DNA of 54,707 nt, from the IMG/VR virus record IMGVR_UViG_3300020455_000018, positions 1 to 54,707 of that record; one strand, written 5' to 3'. Positions 48,064 through 54,707 of the stretch are shown in pieces. The stretch's first letter is position 1. Each line of letters starts with the position of its first letter. Source of the stretch: a virus. Lineage: Duplodnaviria > Caudoviricetes. The notes beneath the pieces were generated by a model. It was not told the origin of the DNA, did not search any database, and saw nothing but the letters and a program-made list of their open reading frames with translations. Both the position numbers and the translations under genes were made by a program.

Positions 48064-48074
48064 CTAAATAGATA

Positions 48075-48137
48075 ATTTGCATTGGGTCTTTGTAGGTTCT
48101 TTACCTCCTTTCTCCCTGCGGGGGCCCAATTGCGAAT
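48075..48137 (+). promoter_or_regulatory. Long G-U-rich hairpin after capsid gene; loop matches the 16S rRNA 3' end
   Basis: 16-bp stem 48081-48096/48115-48130 with 5 U-G pairs; loop contains ACCTCCTTTCT. Confidence 0.75.
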
Positions 48138-48148
48138 AGGAGATATAT

Positions 48149-49228
48149 ATGAAATTATGGGAAAAAGTAAATAATATAACTGGAAACGCTTCTAAAGCTA
48201 GATTTTTAGTAGAACATCTAAATGCAGGTGCTAAATTTATTGTATCTAGTTTACCTGAAAAGTTTTTATGGTCTATTGCTTCTGAAGTAGAAATAGATGG
48301 ATTTAATAGTACTGGAACAAGTATTATTGGAGATGGTTCTTCTTTAGCGTACGATAAAATATTAGCAGTATATCGTAATGATGGTAATAAAAAAAGAATA
48401 GCAAAAGAAATTCCTGATATAAATATACACGCAACAGATGAATCTGATAGTTTAGGACTACCTACTAAAATGTTTCCCGTATATTATAAATTAAATGGTA
48501 AAATATATATTAAACCAGACCCTGATTATAATGCACATAACCCAGCAGGTAGCAGTTTAGTGGATGAAACTTGCGATACTACAAGTGGAAATACAACTGT
48601 GGGAATAGACGACAACACAGCTTTAAATGTTGGAATGAAAGTAAGTGGTTCAGGTATACCATCTGGAGCTACAATAGAATCTATTCCAGGCAATACTACT
48701 CAATTTGTATTATCAGCAGCTGCTACAGCAAGTGGTACAAATGCTACTTTGACATTTAGTCAAGTATATACACCAGTAGGAGGAACTCCAACAGGAGTTA
48801 GTTATTTAGGAGGAGATAAAGGAGTGATTGTTTATTCAGCTCCTCCAATTATTGATGAAAATAGCGATGCATGGGTATTAACGGAATTTGAAAACGTAGC
48901 TTTATTATATGCAGCATCATTAGATATGTTAAGGTTATCTAGTTCAATAGATGCTGAAAAGATTTTTGAAGGAGGTATGGCTTCTTTAGATACAATAAGC
49001 AAAACAAGTTTAAGTGCAATTCATTGGTTGCAAGATGAAGACCCTGAAATGGCTAACGCAGTTATTCAAACATCTCAAGGAAATTTAGCTATTGCAAGTC
49101 AAAGAATACAAGCATCTATGGGTTTTTATCAAAGAGCAATATCTGAATTGCAATCTATTACAGGAGCTTTAGGAGCGCCTGAACAACAACAAAGAGCTCA
49201 AAGACAACAACAAGGAGCAACATCGTGA
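48149..49228 (+). CDS. Head-tail adaptor/neck-type protein with inserted beta-rich domain
   Basis: PVYY..NGKIYIKP.P motif; insertion at 48563-48757. Confidence 0.6.
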   Translation: MKLWEKVNNITGNASKARFLVEHLNAGAKFIVSSLPEKFLWSIASEVEIDGFNSTGTSIIGDGSSLAYDKILAVYRNDGNKKRIAKEIPDINIHATDESDSLGLPTKMFPVYYKLNGKIYIKPDPDYNAHNPAGSSLVDETCDTTSGNTTVGIDDNTALNVGMKVSGSGIPSGATIESIPGNTTQFVLSAAATASGTNATLTFSQVYTPVGGTPTGVSYLGGDKGVIVYSAPPIIDENSDAWVLTEFENVALLYAASLDMLRLSSSIDAEKIFEGGMASLDTISKTSLSAIHWLQDEDPEMANAVIQTSQGNLAIASQRIQASMGFYQRAISELQSITGALGAPEQQQRAQRQQQGATS

Positions 49229-49503
49229 AAATTTTAGAAATTATGGAAAGAGCAAATACACGTGATACTAATTTAGTAATTGCGTATATTAAAGATGCGT
49301 TTTTACACATGCAATCAACAAATGAAATAAACACAAAAGTTTATAAAACAAATGTAGTAAAAAATACAAGAGATTATGATTTGCCTGCTGGATTAATTGC
49401 TATAAAAAGTATTAGTGTATTAGATACTGAAGATGATAATAAATATAAAAAAATTAGAAGATTGCAAAGCGAACCAAATGTTACTGAGGATACAAATCCA
49501 TGA
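49225..49503 (+). CDS. Adaptor-like protein (N-terminal-half type)
   Basis: I.YIKDA...YDLP.GLI.IKSI pattern of head-tail adaptors. Confidence 0.55.
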   Translation: MKILEIMERANTRDTNLVIAYIKDAFLHMQSTNEINTKVYKTNVVKNTRDYDLPAGLIAIKSISVLDTEDDNKYKKIRRLQSEPNVTEDTNP

Positions 49504-49961
49504 GCTATGATACAAATTTAACATATTGTTATATGCAACAAGGCAAACAACTTCGTCTTTACAAGTTTGTTAGAAGTTCAAGTAGAATTGTTGACAATCA
49601 AGGAAGAGTTACAGGGGGAATAAGAAGTAGAATTAAATATCCAGATGAAAACATTACAGAAGGTTTGCGCATAGAATATACTGCTATTGAAAAACCTTTT
49701 GTAGACGAAGACCCAGAAACAACAACAAATTCTAGTTTAACTGAGCAATCTAATCCATCTGAATCAGCTCATGTAAATTTAAATAGAATATTAAGTTTAG
49801 CGGTAGTTTGTTATGTAAGAGCGCAATTAGCAGAAAGAGCTGGTAGTTTAGAATTAAAAGAATATTATATGAAAGAATTTTATAAAAAAATGGCTGATAA
49901 TGAAAGTAATAAAAACAAAGTATTTATAGCAAATGCAATGAAACCTTTCGCAGTCAAATAA
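49500..49961 (+). CDS. Adaptor-like protein (C-terminal-half type)
   Basis: YP....GLRIEY...LAVVCYV.A pattern; ATGA overlap. Confidence 0.55.
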   Translation: MSYDTNLTYCYMQQGKQLRLYKFVRSSSRIVDNQGRVTGGIRSRIKYPDENITEGLRIEYTAIEKPFVDEDPETTTNSSLTEQSNPSESAHVNLNRILSLAVVCYVRAQLAERAGSLELKEYYMKEFYKKMADNESNKNKVFIANAMKPFAVK

Positions 49962-49973
49962 CAGGAGAAAACA

Positions 49974-50213
49974 ATGGGTTATAAAGGACTTAATGATTAC
50001 GCAGTACAAGAGAGTGTTGCTCCGTATATCAAAGCAGTAGTTGCAACGGGAAATGACCAAGACGCTTGTAGAGCCGTGCATATGAAAGGCACATCAGCAA
50101 ACGTTAATTTAACAGTAAATGGTGTTGTAGTAGCATTTCATTTGTTAAAAGGACACACATATTCAATTTGTGCAACAAAAAGTAGTTCAACAGACGTAGT
50201 ATTTTTATATTAG
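49974..50213 (+). CDS. Small structural protein (hypothetical)
   Basis: AGGAG RBS. Confidence 0.7.
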   Translation: MGYKGLNDYAVQESVAPYIKAVVATGNDQDACRAVHMKGTSANVNLTVNGVVVAFHLLKGHTYSICATKSSSTDVVFLY

Positions 50214-50222
50214 GAGTAAAAT

Positions 50223-50870
50223 ATGATTTCAGCAAATCAATATCAAGATATAGAAATACAGCAAGGAGCTGATTTTGAAAACCAAATTACATTTGAAACA
50301 AGTCATGGAATGGATACAGAAAAGCAATTTGTAGGTAAAATACAAAAAGATTTTGCAAATAGTACATTCACAGGACCTAAAAAAACAAATGATAATATCG
50401 GAACAGAAATAAATATAGTAGATGCTACTTGTGATATTACTGACGGAAGCGCTAATGTTACTATGGATAGTACAGCAAATATAAAAGTTGGAATGAAAAT
50501 TACTGGTTCTGGGTTGACTGGAACTACTGTTCAATCTATAACTAATTCTACTACTTTTGTAGCTTCGTCAAATTCTTCAGTAACTGGAACAAATGTTACA
50601 TTAACATTTAATGATACTTGGGCAAGTGATAATAATATAACTGAAATACAATTTGATTTAGTTGCTAGTGCAACTGGAAATACTGTAACCTTAACATTGC
50701 CAGCTGAAGCAACACAATATTTTACAGATGATTTTGAAGGAGTGTGGGAATTGGTAGAAAAAGATGTATCAGTTGCAACAAATCCTATTTATACTAGACA
50801 TATACAAGGTGATGTAGTTATTTCTAAAGGTATGATACAATTAAATGATACATGGAAGGCGGCTGTATAA
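50223..50870 (+). CDS. Tail/baseplate-type structural protein with inserted domain
   Basis: DIEIQQGADF...TLTL.AE.T...GVWEL...QG.V pattern; insertion at 50421-50609. Confidence 0.65.
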   Translation: MISANQYQDIEIQQGADFENQITFETSHGMDTEKQFVGKIQKDFANSTFTGPKKTNDNIGTEINIVDATCDITDGSANVTMDSTANIKVGMKITGSGLTGTTVQSITNSTTFVASSNSSVTGTNVTLTFNDTWASDNNITEIQFDLVASATGNTVTLTLPAEATQYFTDDFEGVWELVEKDVSVATNPIYTRHIQGDVVISKGMIQLNDTWKAAV

Positions 50871-51376
50871 TGGCAATAAGTGCTAAAGTTACAACAAATA
50901 AAGCTGTTAAAGCTACTGTGCAAACAACAAGCGCTACAAAAAGCGTAGGTGTACAAAACTCTACTAAAGTTCAAGATAGTTTTAGTATTGATGCTAGCCA
51001 AATACCTATTAGTTTAGACAATAGCGATGCGACTAATGTTAGAGATGCATTAAACGGAACAGCAACAGCTGATGCTACGCAAACATTAACAAACAAAACA
51101 ATTAATGCTGATAATAATACACTCAGCAACGTAGAAGTAGATAATTTGAAAGCGGGAGTACTAGATACAGACTTAAGTTCAGTAGTTGGTACTGATACAA
51201 CATTGCCTAGCGCTAAGGCAGTAAAAAATTATGTAGACACTTTTGGCGGTGATGATACTATTGCTGAAATGGATGATACAAATATTACATCACCAGTTGA
51301 TGGTGCTGTTTTAAGATATGATAGCGGCACTTCTAAATGGATAGATGCTGATTCAATAGACGGAGGAGTATATTAA
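50870..51376 (+). CDS. Short tail-fibre-like protein
   Basis: TQTLTNKT, PSAKAVK.YVD, DG.VLRYD..TSKW, IDGG motifs. Confidence 0.72.
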   Translation: MAISAKVTTNKAVKATVQTTSATKSVGVQNSTKVQDSFSIDASQIPISLDNSDATNVRDALNGTATADATQTLTNKTINADNNTLSNVEVDNLKAGVLDTDLSSVVGTDTTLPSAKAVKNYVDTFGGDDTIAEMDDTNITSPVDGAVLRYDSGTSKWIDADSIDGGVY

Positions 51377-51394
51377 TATATAACGAGGAATGAC

Positions 51395-52696
51395 ATGGCA
51401 AATAAAATACAAATAAAAAGAAGTAATACAAATGGTAATGTCCCTACTCTCGCTTATGGTGAATTAGGTGTTAATGTAAATACAGATACACAACCTAAAT
51501 TTTACTATGGTAATGCATCAGGAAATGCCACCGATATTATGGAAGTAATAAGCAAAGCTACTTCTTCTGTTCTTGGTAAAGCCTCGTTTGCAAGTGCTGA
51601 TTTTGCGGTAAGTAGTGGAGCGGTAACTATTAAAGCAAGTGGTGTATCAAATGCACAATTAGCTGGTAGTATCGCAGATAGTAAATTAAATCAAATAACA
51701 ACAGCTGGTAAAGTAGCTTTATCTGCAATAGAAATAGATGGAGCAACTGATATAGGAGCTGGATTAGCAAGTGGTGATTTATTTATAGTAGATGATGGTG
51801 CTGGTGGTACTAATAGAAAGTCTACTATTGATAGGATAGCAACATTGTTTGCTGGTAATGGTTTATCAGCTACTAATGCAGTATTATCAGTAGGAGTAGA
51901 TGATTCTACAATAGAAATTAATTCAGATGCTTTAAGAGTAAAAGCTGATGGTATAGGTTCTGGTCAAATAGCAGATGATGCAATTACTAATGACCACATA
52001 GCTGCTGACGCAGTACAAGCTGCACAAATAGCTGATAATGCTGTAACTACAGCTAGAGTTCAAGATGGTGCAATTACTAGTGCTAAATTAAAAAGTACTG
52101 ATACAGCAGAAGCTGTAACAAGTGATGTAATTAGAGCTGGTGCAGTAAATAATGCGGCTTTAGGTGCTGATGCGGTTAATGGTGCTAAAATTGCAGATGA
52201 TGCAATAGATAGTGAACATTATGTAGATGGCTCTATTGATACAGCTCATATTGCTAATAATGCAGTAACTGGAGATAAATTAGCTGATAGCATTACTATT
52301 GCACAAGATTTAACAATAAGTGGTAATCTTGTAGTATCTGGAAGTAGCACTACCCTTAGCGTAGCTACTTTAGAAGTAGAAGACACTTTTATTGAATTAA
52401 ATAAAGGTATTCAAGCTGGTGGAACTGAAGATACTATAGATGTTGGTATTTATACCGCTTATGATGCAACAAGTGGTGGTAGTGATTTCTGGAATTGGAC
52501 TGGATTAGGTAGAGATGCAAGTGAAGGTAAATGGGTATTATTCCAAGGATTAGATACTGAACCTTCAGCAACACCTGGAGCAGTAAGTATGGGTTCTACG
52601 ACATCAAGAACTGCAAAATTACAAGCTAATTTAGAAGGATTATCAAATTTTACAAATACTATTGTAAACTATACTATAGATTGTGGTACTTTTTAA
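51395..52696 (+). CDS. Tail fibre with A-[VI]-T..K[IL]AD repeats
   Basis: N-terminal IQIKRS...LAYGEL; 10-aa repeats; C-terminal IDCGTF. Confidence 0.8.
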   Translation: MANKIQIKRSNTNGNVPTLAYGELGVNVNTDTQPKFYYGNASGNATDIMEVISKATSSVLGKASFASADFAVSSGAVTIKASGVSNAQLAGSIADSKLNQITTAGKVALSAIEIDGATDIGAGLASGDLFIVDDGAGGTNRKSTIDRIATLFAGNGLSATNAVLSVGVDDSTIEINSDALRVKADGIGSGQIADDAITNDHIAADAVQAAQIADNAVTTARVQDGAITSAKLKSTDTAEAVTSDVIRAGAVNNAALGADAVNGAKIADDAIDSEHYVDGSIDTAHIANNAVTGDKLADSITIAQDLTISGNLVVSGSSTTLSVATLEVEDTFIELNKGIQAGGTEDTIDVGIYTAYDATSGGSDFWNWTGLGRDASEGKWVLFQGLDTEPSATPGAVSMGSTTSRTAKLQANLEGLSNFTNTIVNYTIDCGTF

Positions 52697-52704
52697 GGAG
52701 TTAA

Positions 52705-54707
52705 ATGGCAACAATTAACAAACTCAAAATTAGGAGTGGTACAAACCTTTCAAATGCTGGTACGCCTGATTTAGGTGAATTAATATTTAAAAGTGATACT
52801 AATGCATTATATGTTGGTGATGGTTCTACTGCAGCTACTGGTTTAACAGCTATCGGTGGTAGTGCTACAATAAATAATTCTAATTGGTCTGGTACTGATT
52901 TAGCAGTAGCTAATGGTGGTACTGGAGCATCTACTTTTACTTCTAATGCAATATTAACTGGTAATGGTACAAGTGCTATACAAGCAGAATCTAATCTTAC
53001 TTTTTCCGATAGCAACAATTATCTTACTGTTCACGAAGCTGGTTCAAGTACTGGCTCACATCTAAGACTTGCAACAGACAATTCAGATTTTTTCTTATCA
53101 GCAAGTGGTAGTTCAAATCAATTAACTATTTATGATGCTAATGCAGCAACTAATAGTTTAGTAATGGGTAGTGATGGTAAAATTACACTTAGAGATAGTC
53201 TTAAAATACCAGTAGGTAAAAGTGTATTTTTTGGAGGAAGTGAGCATACTTATATAAGAGAAGATGTAGATGATAGGTTAAGATTCTTTTGTGGTGGAGA
53301 TGAGTTTTTAAGATTCACTCAACAAGATGCAGCAGGAGAATTATTTAGTATTCATCAACAAGTATATATGGGAGATGATTTAAAAATTCATCTTGGTGGT
53401 AGTCAAGAGTTAAGATTGTGGCACGATGGAACAAATAACTATGTTTATGGCTATGGTGGAGAACTTCGTATAGGAAATACTGTTGATAATGCAGATACTG
53501 TATTGTTTGGAGATGATGGTAGTGGTAATATGACTTCTTACTTAAGAGTAGATGGTAGTGATAGTAGAGTAGACTTTTTTTCTGGTAGAATTCATTTAAA
53601 AAATGATGGTACGTTTCATTGGGGTAGTGCAGCAGCACACGGAGTATTGTCTTGGGATACTGGTAGAGCAATAGTTAGTAGTTTAGGGTCAAATAATTTA
53701 GATTTAAAAGCACAAAGTGGTTATTCGGTAGTAGTAAATGAAAGTAGTTCTGATGTAGATTTTAGAGTAGAAAGTAATGGTAAAGTAAATGCAATTCATG
53801 TAGATGCTGGTGCTGATAAAGTAAATATAGATGCAGCATTTTGGTCTAATTATGGACATAGAATTGGTGGATTATCACAACAAGGTGGTTTTGGAACAAA
53901 TAATAATCAATTATTTACTACTAACAACATAATGACTTTTGCAGACAATACTAATTGGGATGGTGCAATGGTTATTAATACCAATATTACTAGAGCTTCT
54001 GCTCGTATGTGTACTATTACAGTTAAAGGTTATGGTTATGGTAATCAATCTTTTATAGATTTTGATGTTAATTTTTATACTTATTCTGGTGTTAACGGTG
54101 ATGACGGAGTAGCTGGTTATCCTTATGCTGCAAGAATCAATGATAGAGGTAATGATAAAAAGAAAAAATTTGTAGGTGTTAATTCAAGCGGTAATGTAGC
54201 AATAGCTATTGGAGATTATAATGATGCAAATAAATATTATTATGGATTTAAAGTAAGTTTAGATAATCATTTGAATGGAAGTGGTGCATCTGCTTATCAA
54301 AGTTGGACAGTAACAAAATCTACTACTGATGGATTTGGTTGGTTGCACAAGGAAGAACCTACAAGATTGATAACTGGTATTGCGTCACAAGATGCAAGTT
54401 ATACTAAGATATTAAACCCTAATGGTGCTGTATCTGCGTATTTTGGCGGAACTGCTGATGGGAATAATTATTATCAAGCTGGGGAACATAGATTTAGAAA
54501 TTATGCTGGTAATGCTTATTATGCAAGAATTGGTTCAGGATATATTCGTGGAGAAGGTGGTGGTTCAGCTTCAACGCCTTGTTTTAGTTTTCAAAGTGAT
54601 ACTAATACTGGTGTTTATAGTCACGCAGCAGACCAATTAGGTTTTTCTACAGGCGGTACTAATAGAATGACTTTAACCAATAGTGGTTTAACTCTTGCTA
54701 ATGGAGG
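52705..54707 (+). CDS. N-terminal part of long tail fibre (open to window end; about 1368 aa when joined to 1-2187)
   Basis: AAGGAG RBS, ATG 52705; MATINKLKIRSG...GELIFKSDTNALYVGDG; absent from the ORF track, consistent with no stop before the end; in frame with the overlap. Confidence 0.88.
   Translation, partial: MATINKLKIRSGTNLSNAGTPDLGELIFKSDTNALYVGDGSTAATGLTAIGGSATINNSNWSGTDLAVANGGTGASTFTSNAILTGNGTSAIQAESNLTFSDSNNYLTVHEAGSSTGSHLRLATDNSDFFLSASGSSNQLTIYDANAATNSLVMGSDGKITLRDSLKIPVGKSVFFGGSEHTYIREDVDDRLRFFCGGDEFLRFTQQDAAGELFSIHQQVYMGDDLKIHLGGSQELRLWHDGTNNYVYGYGGELRIGNTVDNADTVLFGDDGSGNMTSYLRVDGSDSRVDFFSGRIHLKNDGTFHWGSAAAHGVLSWDTGRAIVSSLGSNNLDLKAQSGYSVVVNESSSDVDFRVESNGKVNAIHVDAGADKVNIDAAFWSNYGHRIGGLSQQGGFGTNNNQLFTTNNIMTFADNTNWDGAMVINTNITRASARMCTITVKGYGYGNQSFIDFDVNFYTYSGVNGDDGVAGYPYAARINDRGNDKKKKFVGVNSSGNVAIAIGDYNDANKYYYGFKVSLDNHLNGSGASAYQSWTVTKSTTDGFGWLHKEEPTRLITGIASQDASYTKILNPNGAVSAYFGGTADGNNYYQAGEHRFRNYAGNAYYARIGSGYIRGEGGGSASTPCFSFQSDTNTGVYSHAADQLGFSTGGTNRMTLTNSGLTLANG
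54625..54707. repeat. Terminal direct repeat (right copy)
   Basis: Matches 1-83 except for one base. Confidence 0.95.

Noticed and set aside
239-54640. Many 60-130-aa antisense or alternate-frame ORFs in the track (e.g. 12423..12644, 13341..13649, 31126..31530, 53345..53671)
   Set aside because: Shadow ORFs overlapping well-supported genes, with no RBS and atypical composition
52705-54707. Diversity-generating retroelement suggested by the Mtd-like N-terminus
   Set aside because: No reverse transcriptase ORF and no TR/VR pair with adenine-specific mismatches seen
1-54707. Alternative genetic code (stop-codon reassignment, as in some crAss-like phages)
   Set aside because: Long ORFs are intact under the standard code, and TAA, TAG and TGA all end well-supported genes

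Overview
The window is an apparently complete, circularly permuted AT-rich tailed-phage genome of about 54.6 kb: bases 1-83 repeat 54625-54707 with one mismatch. It has a podovirus-type layout in two blocks. The + strand block (37867 to the end, continuing 1-23555) holds packaging, lysis, head, tail/fibre and ejection-protein genes. The - strand block (37684 down to 23552) holds early and replication genes: DnaB, RuvC-like resolvase, Dam-like methylase, Sak/SSB/Cas4-like recombination proteins and many small ORFs. I saw no DNA polymerase, primase, integrase, tRNA or CRISPR array. Main points of interest: (1) a 2932-aa ejection-cluster protein with a two-barrel RNA polymerase signature (R-x-P...GDYDID), probably a crAss-like virion RNA polymerase in a much smaller phage; (2) about 2.5 kb of non-coding early-region DNA that folds into strand-specific RNAs, including an ~800-nt GOLLD/ROOL-like giant RNA and an ~500-nt leader ending in an SD/anti-SD switch; (3) 3'-UTR hairpins displaying the complement of their own gene's ribosome-binding site; (4) an exported thioredoxin-fold plus outer-membrane beta-barrel module in the lysis region; (5) minigenes, tandem DnaA boxes and apparent GATC avoidance. 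All calls come from manual motif reading and hand pairing; no database searches or folding programs were run.
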